A program made the translations under genes and the position numbers. Below are positions 39,939 through 50,920 of a stretch of 64,000 nt of DNA, one piece after another. Origin of the DNA: Longimicrobiales bacterium (lineage in GTDB: Bacteria; Gemmatimonadota; Gemmatimonadetes; Longimicrobiales; Gaopeijiaceae). The stretch's first letter is position 1, and the number at the start of each line of letters is the position of its first letter. The stretch lies in contig OZ241892.1 in the NCBI GenBank assembly GCA_965203485.1, forward strand, positions 1,312,001 through 1,376,000, given 5' to 3'. Below the pieces are notes generated by a model. That model did no database searches. It had not been told where the DNA came from and saw only the letters and a list, made by a program, of their open reading frames with translations.

Positions 39939-40086
39939 GGGCAACGAAGACTGAATAACGGAGGCCTTCGGGGCGCGCCCGCGCGGTCCCGTCCGCCGCT
40001 TGACGCCCGCGCCCGGCCTTGCGATCATCATCGGCTGTCCCGCAACTGCCTTCCCCCGCCTCCCCGTCCCCGTCGCGTGCTCGGCC

Positions 40087-41076
40087 ATGGACGACACCTA
40101 CAAGCGCGGACCGCTCCTGATGCTGGCGGGGCGGGCCAACCTTCCGCTGGCTCGCGAAATCGCGGGCGAGCTGGGCACGTCGATCGACAACGCCGTCGTC
40201 TACGACTTCGAGGACGGCGAGATCTTCGTGCGCATCGTGCGCAACGCGCGCGGCCGCGACGTCTTCATCGTGCAGCCGACGGTGGCGGGGGCCGACAACA
40301 TCATGGAGCTGCTCCTGCTGGTGGACGCCGCCAAGCGCGCGTCGGCGGCCCGCGTGTCCGCCGTCGTGCCGTACTTCGGCTACGGCCGCCAGGACCGCAA
40401 GGACCAGCCTCGCGTCGCCATCGGTGCGAAGCTCATGGCCAACCTGATCGTCGCGGCGGGCGCGGACCGCGTGGTGAGCATCGACTTCCACCAGCACCAG
40501 ATCCAGGGCTTCTTCGACATTCCGGTGGACCACCTCTACGCCGCCCCGGTCTTCACGCACTACTTCCGCGAGAAGCAGTTGCGCGATCCGGTCGTGGTGG
40601 CGCCCGACGTGGGGTCGGCCCGCATGGCCAGGGGCTTCGCCCGGCGGCTGGGCGCCACGTTCGCGATCATCGACAAGCGGCGGCCCGCCCCCAACGTGGC
40701 CGAGGTGCTCAACGTAGTCGGCGAAGTGAAGGACCGGACGTGCCTCGTGACCGACGACATGATCGACACCGGCGGCACCATCGCCCAGGCGGTCCAGGCC
40801 CTGATGGACCGGGGCGCGGGCGCCGTCTACGTGGCGGCGACGCACGCGCTGTTGTCGGGCGAGGCGGTGGCCAAGCTGTCGGCAGCGCCCCTGAAGGAGC
40901 TGGTGGTCACCAACAGCATCGATGTTCCCGAACCGAAGCGCTTCGAGCGTCTCAAGGTGCTTTCCGTGGCTCCGTTGCTGGCTCGCGCGATCCGCTACAT
41001 CCATTCGAACGAGTCGGTGAGCCAGCTCTTCGAGATTTCGAGCCGCGAGGCCCCGCCCAAGGTGGCGCTGGCCTGA
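40087..41076 (+). CDS. prs: Ribose-phosphate pyrophosphokinase
   Basis: FEDGE, PYFGYGRQDRK, QIQGFF, VAPDVG, DDMIDTGGT. Confidence 0.96.
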   Translation: MDDTYKRGPLLMLAGRANLPLAREIAGELGTSIDNAVVYDFEDGEIFVRIVRNARGRDVFIVQPTVAGADNIMELLLLVDAAKRASAARVSAVVPYFGYGRQDRKDQPRVAIGAKLMANLIVAAGADRVVSIDFHQHQIQGFFDIPVDHLYAAPVFTHYFREKQLRDPVVVAPDVGSARMARGFARRLGATFAIIDKRRPAPNVAEVLNVVGEVKDRTCLVTDDMIDTGGTIAQAVQALMDRGAGAVYVAATHALLSGEAVAKLSAAPLKELVVTNSIDVPEPKRFERLKVLSVAPLLARAIRYIHSNESVSQLFEISSREAPPKVALA

Positions 41077-41152
41077 ATCCCCCGCATGCGGCGGCGCCAG
41101 CGCCGTCCCGCCACGAGCGCAACGAGAACTTCCAGACCGATTCCGAATCCCA

Positions 41153-41809
41153 ATGGAAACGACACTGAACCTTCAGTCGCGCGCCGAGTCCGGCAAAGGG
41201 GCCGCGCGCAGGCTTCGCCGGGCGGGCCGCGTGCCCGGAGTGCTCTACGGGGGCGACGCGGCCCCGGTCCTGGTTTCGGCCGAAGCCCACGAAGCGTGGC
41301 GCCTCTTCAACGCGATCTCGGTGGAGAACACGATCCTCCACTTGGTCGTGGACGGCGGCAAGGCCGAACGCGCCTTGGTGCGCGAGATACAGACGCATCC
41401 CTTCCAGCCGCAGTTGCTCCACGTCGACTTCCTGCGCGTGCAACGGGGCAAGCCGATCGAGGTGCAGGTGCCGATTGTGTTCGAGGGCCTGGCCGAGGGC
41501 GTGCGCAACGAGGGCGGGCTCTTGGACCAAGTCGTGCACGACTTGGCGGTCAAGTGCGTGCCCTCGAAGATCCCCGAGGCGATCAGGGCGGACGTGACCG
41601 AGCTGAAGGTCGGCGACGTGATGCGCGCGGGCGACCTGGAGATGCCCGAGGGCGTCGAGAACTTGGTCGACCCGCAACGCACGATTTGCTCGGTGGCGCC
41701 GCCCAGAGTGATCGAGGACGAGGAGGCCGCGCCCGAGGACGGCGAGGAGGCCGCGCCCGAGGAGCAGGATCCGGACGCGGCTGGCCAGTCCGGCGGGACC
41801 GCTGCCTGA
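41153..41809 (+). CDS. rplY: 50S ribosomal protein L25/Ctc
   Basis: GKGAARRLRRAGRVPGVLYG, LLHVDF, EGVRNEGG, acidic tail. Confidence 0.95.
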   Translation: METTLNLQSRAESGKGAARRLRRAGRVPGVLYGGDAAPVLVSAEAHEAWRLFNAISVENTILHLVVDGGKAERALVREIQTHPFQPQLLHVDFLRVQRGKPIEVQVPIVFEGLAEGVRNEGGLLDQVVHDLAVKCVPSKIPEAIRADVTELKVGDVMRAGDLEMPEGVENLVDPQRTICSVAPPRVIEDEEAAPEDGEEAAPEEQDPDAAGQSGGTAA

Positions 41810-41849
41810 CGGCTCGGGGCCGGACGCCGGGCCTTCCGTCAAGATCGTC

Positions 41850-42401
41850 GTGGGCATCGGCAACCCCGGCCCCGAGTACGAGGCCACGCGCCACAACGTG
41901 GGCTGGTGGGTGCTCGACCGCTTTGCGCGCGACCGCGGGATCGGGCCGTTCGAACGGCGGAGCAGGGGGTGGGAAGCGTCCGGCGAAGTCGAGGGACGGG
42001 CGGTGCGGCTGCTCAAGCCTCGCACGTACGTGAACCGCACGGGCTTGGCGCTGGGCGGCCTGTGGCGCGAAGCCGGCTTCGAGGCGAAGCGCGACCTGCT
42101 GGTCGTGGCCGACGACGCGAACTTGCCGGTCGGCCGAATCAGGATGCGGCCCGGCGGCGGAGCGGGGGGCCACAACGGCCTCAAGTCCGTGAGCGGCGCG
42201 CTGGGTACGCAGGAGTACGCCCGGCTGCGCGTCGGCGTGGGCGAGCGGCCGCCGGGGACGGACTTGGCCGACTGGGTGCTGTCGCCCATGCCGGCCGAAG
42301 ACGAGGACGCGGTGGCCGAGCTGCTGCCCGACCTCAGCGAGGCCGTGGCCACGTGGGCGCGCGAGGGACCGGCCGCGGCCATGAACCGATTCAACCGATG
42401 A
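41850..42401 (+). CDS. pth: Peptidyl-tRNA hydrolase (true start probably slightly upstream)
   Basis: [37 protein letters not shown]. Confidence 0.93.
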   Translation: MGIGNPGPEYEATRHNVGWWVLDRFARDRGIGPFERRSRGWEASGEVEGRAVRLLKPRTYVNRTGLALGGLWREAGFEAKRDLLVVADDANLPVGRIRMRPGGGAGGHNGLKSVSGALGTQEYARLRVGVGERPPGTDLADWVLSPMPAEDEDAVAELLPDLSEAVATWAREGPAAAMNRFNR

Positions 42402-42456
42402 CATCCAGCGGGCCGGCGCGCCGGCGCCCGCGGAACCGAAAGCAAGGAACCGAGAC

Positions 42457-44502
<2,046 letters not shown>

Positions 44503-44903
44503 GGCTTTCCGCGCCTGCCCCGGCGTAGGTTGCGCGCGTGCGCGCGCTCACGTGGCCGACAGCGTGGTGGTCCGCCATGGTCTCGGCGTAGTCGCGCGCG
44601 CGGGCACTCAGCTTGACGGCGCATGCTCGAGCGATGCCTCGGCTGTCGCAAGATGGTTCGTGCTTGACCGCAGGGCCGTGGCGTGCACCGATTCGGCGAA
44701 TCGGGGGCCGATGGGCTGATCGTTCGGCCTTGTGCGCCCAGCGGAGCGCGCGTCGTGGACCGCCCAGCGATGGGCGTCGCAGGGCCGCCGTCCATTTCCT
44801 ACATTCCAAGTTCTCTTCCAGCGACCGTTGTTCTCTTCGGCGCAGACGGCCCGGCGCGCATCCGTCCGAGTTCGCCGCCCCGAGCGCGACCCCAGCGTCC
44901 CAA

Positions 44904-46178
44904 ATGACTCCATCCTTCGACGCCGCGCTTGCGTTCGCCCAGGATCTCATCCGGCTTCCGTCCCTTCCCGGCGAGGAGGAGGACGTGGCCCGGCGCGTCC
45001 TGCGGGAGATGGAGTCGCTGAGGTACGACGAGGCGTACGTGGACGAACTCGGCAACGTGGTTGGCGTCCTGCACGGCGGCGCCGGTCCGTCGGTCATGCT
45101 CAGTTGCCATTTGGACATGGTGGCCGCCGGGGACGAGGCCGAATGGGAGGTCCCGCCCTTCGGCGGCGTGATCGAGGGAGGGTTCCTGCACGGTCGCGGC
45201 GCAATGGACATCAAGGGGCCTCTGGCCCTCCAGACGCATGCGGCGGCGGCGCTCAAGGGCAAGACGGAGGGGGACGTGATCGTGGCTCACACGGTCTTCG
45301 AGGAACGGGGCGGGTGGGGCATGGACCATCTGACGCGACCGGATGGGGGATTGGCTCCCGCAGCCGTGGTCATCGGCGAGTCGACCAACGGCGACATCGC
45401 GATCGGACACCGCGGCCGGGCGGAAGTGGAGATCGTCGCCCGCGGCTTGGCGGCCCACGCATCCGCACCGGAGCGGGCCCGCAACGCGCTCGACCTGGTG
45501 CCGCCCGTCCTGCGGGGCGTCGAAGACCTGGCCGCGGATCAAGAATCGGCGGACGTGCTCGAGAGCGCGTCGCTCGTCGCCACCGACGTCCGCGCGTCCC
45601 CGGCCAGCCGCAACGTTGTGCCCGACCAAGCCGTCGTCGTGCTCGACTGGCGCATTCTCCCGTCCGACACCGAGGAGAGCCTGCTGGCAAGGGTCCGCGA
45701 CGCCGTCGCCCCCCGTCTCGACCGATGGGCGGCCCGCCAGCCGTCCGGCGGCCGTGCCGACAATGCATCGCCGTCCTCCGGCGACCCACCCGCCGAGCTT
45801 GCGCATGCCGCGGCCCCGCAGGTCGAATGCCGCATCGCCTCCGAATTGCAACGCGCCTACACCGGCGTCGAGCAGCGCCGAGGCATCCTGACGCCCGGCT
45901 TCCTCATGGACGCCGACAGTCCCGTGGCCGTTGCCGCCGCCCGAGCCGTCGGCCGTCGCCGCGCCCCTGGCCCCGCGCTAATCCGCCCCTGGCAGTTCGC
46001 CACCGACGGCGGCTGGACGCGCGGCGTGCGCGGCATTCCCACCGTCGGCTTCGCCCCCGGCGAAGAGCGCCACGCCCACACCAACACCGAACGCCTCCGT
46101 CTCGACGACGCCCGCTGGGCCTACGGCAAGTACCTGGATCTGGTTCCGGCGGTACAGGCGGCAGTTCGGCGCGCTTGA
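44904..46178 (+). CDS. M20 family metallohydrolase (ArgE/DapE/YgeY-like)
   Basis: HLDMV, HGRGAMDIKG, FEE, GES, AHAS, ATDG, AHTNTE. Confidence 0.88.
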   Translation: MTPSFDAALAFAQDLIRLPSLPGEEEDVARRVLREMESLRYDEAYVDELGNVVGVLHGGAGPSVMLSCHLDMVAAGDEAEWEVPPFGGVIEGGFLHGRGAMDIKGPLALQTHAAAALKGKTEGDVIVAHTVFEERGGWGMDHLTRPDGGLAPAAVVIGESTNGDIAIGHRGRAEVEIVARGLAAHASAPERARNALDLVPPVLRGVEDLAADQESADVLESASLVATDVRASPASRNVVPDQAVVVLDWRILPSDTEESLLARVRDAVAPRLDRWAARQPSGGRADNASPSSGDPPAELAHAAAPQVECRIASELQRAYTGVEQRRGILTPGFLMDADSPVAVAAARAVGRRRAPGPALIRPWQFATDGGWTRGVRGIPTVGFAPGEERHAHTNTERLRLDDARWAYGKYLDLVPAVQAAVRRA

Positions 46179-46441
46179 AATAGCGGCGCAGGGCAACGGC
46201 GCCGTGGACGCCACGGCAACGGGCGAACCCGGCGTCGCGACGGCGAGGAGCAACGCGTCCCAGCACGATCCGCGCGACATGGTCCCGAGCGTCCTGCTCG
46301 ACCAATCGCGCTAATGCCGCGCTTCGCCCGCGTCCGAAGCTGCCAAGACCAGCTCCAGAGCGACGCGGTGAGCAAACTCAGCCTCGTCGGCTGGCCGGCG
46401 CCCGCGTCGAGACGACCTCGATTGCTCCCCGAGGCCGTGAC

Positions 46442-46986
46442 CCCGCCTTATCCGCACCACCGCCTCGCGGCAACAGTGCGTCTCGACGCGGGCGAGGACG
46501 CCGAGCACGAACTCCGTCCCGCCCGCAGCCGTGTGCGCCTTGCCTTCCCGCAGACGAGCGTCCAGCAAGTCGCCCGTCTCCGCACGCCCGCTGGCCGCCA
46601 GCCGCAACGCCGGATCGTCCCGCAACGCCGTCGCGTCGTCGTGGTCCCGCCGGCCCTGCGCCGCCAGCACGCAGACCGCGCGCACCAGCTCCGCCAGCGA
46701 ATGGCGAATCCGGCGCGGGTCCCGAGCGTCGTCGATGCGCTCGCTCATCCAACGATCCACGCCGCTCCCGCTCAACGCCTCCCGGCACAGCGCCGCGCCC
46801 GCGTCGCCCGTCACCTTGTCCGGCCGAACCTCGAGGCGCACCGACTTGCTGCCGAAACAGCCCCTTGTTATCTTCACCTCGGCGTTGCGCGCGGCGGGCC
46901 ACCGGTTCTCGGCCGAACACCTTGAACCTACTGGCCTCGCCGCCGCACGCCACCCCTTCACCACGCTCCCTCGTGAATAAGGCGGG
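46442..46986 (-). mobile_element. Internally deleted IS1380-family element (non-autonomous, about 545 bp)
   Basis: Perfect 10-bp terminal inverted repeats CCCGCCTTAT; encodes TGDAGAAL, DARDPRRIRHSL, DDATALRDDP and LLDARLREG segments typical of IS1380 transposases; no target duplication seen. Confidence 0.8.
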
Positions 46987-47011
46987 CGTCTGGACGAGAG
47001 AGGATCGGTCC

Positions 47012-47449
47012 ATGCCCACGAAGAACTTCACGCGCCTCGCCGTCGCGCTGGCGGCGACTTCCGTTGTTGCGGTTTCGGCTTGCTCGGAGGTCGTCAGCCC
47101 GATCACCGACGCGGAGCCGTTGTCGCTTCCGGAGCCGGACACGTATGTCGCTCGCGATCGCGAGGGCGCCGTTCTGGCAACCGGAAGAATCTCGCACTCG
47201 CCGGCAACGGAGCGGATAAGCTGGGCGTTCTCCCACGCCTTGCCCGTACGGGGGGGCTTGATGGCCCGCATAGCGAGTTACTCCGGTCCGGACCCCGAGT
47301 GCCTCTCGAGCGTCTACGCCTCGGAGGAAGAGCTCGCCGAATGGGCAAAGTGCGTCAACAGGTTGTTTGAAGAAGACGCGGGGTGCGAAGTGGTCGTGAC
47401 GGAGTACTTCAGGAAGACAGGCGAACTCCACGCACACTGCATGGAATAG
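47012..47449 (+). CDS. Putative lipoprotein
   Basis: GAGGA RBS, MPTKNFTRLAVALAATSVVAVSAC lipobox, four further Cys. Confidence 0.65.
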   Translation: MPTKNFTRLAVALAATSVVAVSACSEVVSPITDAEPLSLPEPDTYVARDREGAVLATGRISHSPATERISWAFSHALPVRGGLMARIASYSGPDPECLSSVYASEEELAEWAKCVNRLFEEDAGCEVVVTEYFRKTGELHAHCME

Positions 47450-47662
47450 CAGGAGGAGAGCCGGTCTGGCCTAGCGGCGCCGTCGCTCCACGACGCGTCT
47501 TCGCATCGTGCGCTCGCGCCCGCGCGGCCACGTCGCCGCCGGCACGGTGCGCAAGCTGGGCTTCGAGCGCCTGCTGGACCGCAGGCGCGAAGAACCCGCT
47601 CGCTGGCGGTGTGCCGACGTGATCTCGGCGTACTTCGAGGGCCGGCATTGCCCGCCGGCGAC

Positions 47663-49408
47663 TCACTTGATCCACGGTTCGTATTGAAGGATCGCCGCCT
47701 TGGCAAGGACCTCGGGAATGCGGATCAACAGCGCGGTTCCGGCAGCGTCCGTCACGTGCAGCCCCTCGCCCGGCGCGAAGGCCACCGGTTGATCCGCGCC
47801 CTGGTTGATCGTGGCGCCGGAGACGTAGAGGCTGGTTCTGTCGTGCGCGTCGCGGACGGGATTGAGCCGTGCTCGGAGTCCCGGCACTTCGCCGGCGCCG
47901 TCAGCGAAGACGACGGAACCGCCGCCTCGAAGGGCGGCAAGTTCAAGGTCGATCGAGAACCCGTTCCGCATCGGCACCCATTCCCGGACGACGCGCGCGG
48001 CGAAGCCGGGGGCCGCCGCAAAGAGCGTAATGGGAAGGTGCGTCGAGTGCAGGTCGGCGAAGGCCGCGCCCTCCACGTTGGTCGCGGCACGTCGGTACGC
48101 GCCGTCGGGGAAGATCAAGAGGAGATCGGCGTCGGCGACCGGTCGCCCTTTCGACAGGACCGTCAAGGCAACGTGGCCGGGAGTCCAACCAAGGGGCGCG
48201 GCGGGAATCGTGAGGCGCAGTTCGGCGGCGCCGATCAACTCGTAGGACGGGGGCTTGGCGCCGAGAGCCTCCGTCTCCCGACGGATGATGCCCACGCCGT
48301 CGCCGCGCTTCTCCATGAAGTACTGGCGGTCGCCGGAGCCCTTGACGCCGGTGCAGCTCATGCGCGCCAACGCGGAGGCCAGGATCTCGTTCCGCGTGGC
48401 CTGCTGGCTGTCCATGATGTCGACCCTGAGGCCGTTGGCCAGCGGGCCGGGCGACTGAATCTCCACCCTGTCCTCGAACACCGACACTCGAATTCGGCGT
48501 TCGGAAATCGAGTAGTCGCGGTGCGCCACCGCGTTGACCACGGCCTCGAATACGGCTCTGTCGCCGTACTGCGGGAGGTCGATCCGGCCGGGCTCCTTGC
48601 GGGCCGCGATGCGCATGTTGCGCAGGACGAAGGCCACCGTGGCGCCGATCTGCTTGTCCAGCGGCCCGCAAATCGTCTCGGCGTCGACTTGCATGGAGGC
48701 GCGGTCCGTCCCTCGATAGCAGGTCGCCGTCACGCATGCATGGCCGAGCCACGTTTCCGGCGCTTGGGCACACAGCAACAGGCCGGCCACGGACGCCCTG
48801 AGGGCTCCCCGCTCGTCCCGCGCCAGCAGTCCCATCTTCTCCAGCGCGACTTCGGGGTCCGCCATGCCGTGCACGCTCACGAGGCGCTTCCACAGAGTCT
48901 CGTCCAAGCTCTGGAAACCCGTGTCGGGCACAGCGGCCTTGTCCAACCATGTGAAGCGCGACATGGCGCGCTCCTGGGCAAGCCGCAACCGCTGGTCGCC
49001 GGTCATCTTGATCTTCGACGACCCGATGCGGTGGTAGCTGCCGCCCGGACTGTCGTGTTGCGAGCGTCCCCTGGGCACCGCAACGACCATGACGTGCTTC
49101 CCCTCGAGATCTCGCCGATGAATCTGCACGGGCAAGGGAGGCTCGATGGACTGGGTGCAGACCTCCACCAGCACGCGGTCCAAGGCGTCCATCTGCTCGC
49201 GCGTCATTCCTTGGACGTCCCCTTGATCGGTAGCGCCGAACACGACGACGCCGCCTTGGCTGTTGGCGTAGGCCGCGATCTCGTCCGCGATGTCGTTTCG
49301 CTTGGGGGCCTTGAGACGGGCGCCTCCGAAACGCACCTCCTTGAACTCCCACCCGCCGTCCTCGCCGGCCTTCAGACGGGACAGAAGCTCTTCCGGAGGG
49401 TACTTCAT
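47663..49408 (-). CDS. Schlafen/AlbA_2 domain plus HATPase_c_4 (RecG-C-like) protein with beta-rich C-terminal domains
   Basis: GEDGGWEFK, IAAYANSQGG, EAVVNAVAHRDYS, IQSPG, RNEILA, EKRGDG. Confidence 0.82.
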   Translation of the reverse strand: MKYPPEELLSRLKAGEDGGWEFKEVRFGGARLKAPKRNDIADEIAAYANSQGGVVVFGATDQGDVQGMTREQMDALDRVLVEVCTQSIEPPLPVQIHRRDLEGKHVMVVAVPRGRSQHDSPGGSYHRIGSSKIKMTGDQRLRLAQERAMSRFTWLDKAAVPDTGFQSLDETLWKRLVSVHGMADPEVALEKMGLLARDERGALRASVAGLLLCAQAPETWLGHACVTATCYRGTDRASMQVDAETICGPLDKQIGATVAFVLRNMRIAARKEPGRIDLPQYGDRAVFEAVVNAVAHRDYSISERRIRVSVFEDRVEIQSPGPLANGLRVDIMDSQQATRNEILASALARMSCTGVKGSGDRQYFMEKRGDGVGIIRRETEALGAKPPSYELIGAAELRLTIPAAPLGWTPGHVALTVLSKGRPVADADLLLIFPDGAYRRAATNVEGAAFADLHSTHLPITLFAAAPGFAARVVREWVPMRNGFSIDLELAALRGGGSVVFADGAGEVPGLRARLNPVRDAHDRTSLYVSGATINQGADQPVAFAPGEGLHVTDAAGTALLIRIPEVLAKAAILQYEPWIK

Positions 49409-49596
49409 GGCGACAACGCTACCCCACTCGTGCAGTCCGCAAGGGCAACTCGCGTCGTGGCCCACCGAAGTCGCCTGGCGCATCGGCCCAGGCCGCAAGT
49501 CGGGAGCGGAATCGGTCGGCCGCGCTCGTCACGGAGTCCTCCACTTCGCTGTTGGCTTGGCGACCGCGCGGAAACGGCCCGCTTGCCGCCCCTTCC

Positions 49597-50679
49597 TCAG
49601 CCCATCGGCACGGTCGGCAGGATCTTTCCCTCGATCCGCTCGAAGATCTCGTCCAGGGTTTCGCCCGTGATCGTCAGGCCGTGGTTCTTGAGCCCCACCA
49701 CGCACCGAACGGGATCGTCGGCCTCCCGCACGATGTCCGCCACCGCCTGCCCCAGCTCGCGGGTGCCGCACGGGAAGTTGAACTCGGTGCTGGGGACGCC
49801 GTCCATCCAGCCGTGGACGTGCACGATGGCGCCGACGCGGGGGTGCTCGCGGTAGATCATCCAGTGCTCGATGGCGTCGACCGAGACGCGGCGAGGCTCC
49901 ACGCCGGGCGGATGGGCCACGCGCATTCCGTTGCGGTCGGCATCGTAGTCCTTCACCATCAGGAAGTCGCGCCCGACCGTTCGCAGGTTCGACTTGTCGA
50001 CGCCGCTGGCGCTCATCCAGAACCACTCGTCGTCGTAGCGGGCCGACAAGTTGCCGTACGACAGGCCGCCGATTCCGAAGAGGCGCTTCATGTGCCGAAA
50101 GTCCCTCTCGGGCAGCAGCTCGTCCATGGGGAACGGGGCCGGGAGCAGGTCGAGCAGGTCGAGCTTCTTGCCGGCCCGGCGCAAGGACGCGGTGAGTTCG
50201 TCGCCCTCCCAGAGGCGCTCGGGCAAGTCGGGCTCGAAGAAGTTCTCGATCACGAGCGTGGACGAGGCGAGCGGATGAATCCGCTCGTAGACGCGTCGGA
50301 AGTACGCGTCGTGCCCCGAGTTGTCCGCCACCGTGTAGTGCCCCTGCTCCGGCGTCAGGAAGTGGGCCTCGTGGCGTCCGTTGCTCGACGGCACCAAACC
50401 GACCACTAGGTTGGCGAGGGCGCGCACCAGCGTCGGATAGCCTTGGGGGACGGGATTGTTGAACGGGTCCGGGAATTCGGTAACGGCGCACACGAACACG
50501 GCTTGGGCGTGCCGCCGCACGGGCTTGGGCCGCCCTTCGGGAAAGAAGTTCACGACGAGCTTGGCATCGTCCGAGTCGGCCACGAACCGGTGGCCGTTCG
50601 ATTCCATAACGGTCCGGAGCCCCTGGGAGAACCAGGAAAACGGAGCCGCACCGGCGTCGCCGGCGAAAGTGAAGTCCAT
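49597..50679 (-). CDS. Class II aldolase/adducin family protein with N-terminal extra domain
   Basis: YGNLSAR, MSASG, HWMIY, IVHVH, KNHG. Confidence 0.8.
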   Translation of the reverse strand: MDFTFAGDAGAAPFSWFSQGLRTVMESNGHRFVADSDDAKLVVNFFPEGRPKPVRRHAQAVFVCAVTEFPDPFNNPVPQGYPTLVRALANLVVGLVPSSNGRHEAHFLTPEQGHYTVADNSGHDAYFRRVYERIHPLASSTLVIENFFEPDLPERLWEGDELTASLRRAGKKLDLLDLLPAPFPMDELLPERDFRHMKRLFGIGGLSYGNLSARYDDEWFWMSASGVDKSNLRTVGRDFLMVKDYDADRNGMRVAHPPGVEPRRVSVDAIEHWMIYREHPRVGAIVHVHGWMDGVPSTEFNFPCGTRELGQAVADIVREADDPVRCVVGLKNHGLTITGETLDEIFERIEGKILPTVPMG

Positions 50680-50920
50680 AACGTGTGGAACACCTCGGTG
50701 GTTTGGCGTCGGTCCAGTCAACATATAAGGTCGCATCTTCGGGCGAGAAGCAAGCCGGGCGGCCCGCCCGGACCGCTTCCAGCCTCCGCCTTGCCGGGCC
50801 GCGCACTCCGTGCTCCCTGCCTTACGTGCCGCCGCTGGGTTGGCTACATTTCGGGCTCCCGCTCCGCTTGGACGGCGGAGCCCGTATGCCAGACTTGCGG
50901 ACCGAGGGACTCCGAATCCG

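Noticed and set aside
28321..40086. attR duplicate of the tRNA-Gln 3' end and an integrase
   Set aside because: Neither was found by eye, so the block is not called an integrative element or prophage.
41720..41763. Short tandem repeats in the rplY tail (similar ones in the recA tail)
   Set aside because: Ordinary low-complexity tail duplications.
44503..44903. Gene or ncRNA in the 400-bp gap after hppA
   Set aside because: No convincing ORF start, motif or structure.
46179..46441. Continuation of the IS1380 transposase
   Set aside because: Lies outside the terminal repeat and shows no transposase motifs; possibly an unrelated remnant.
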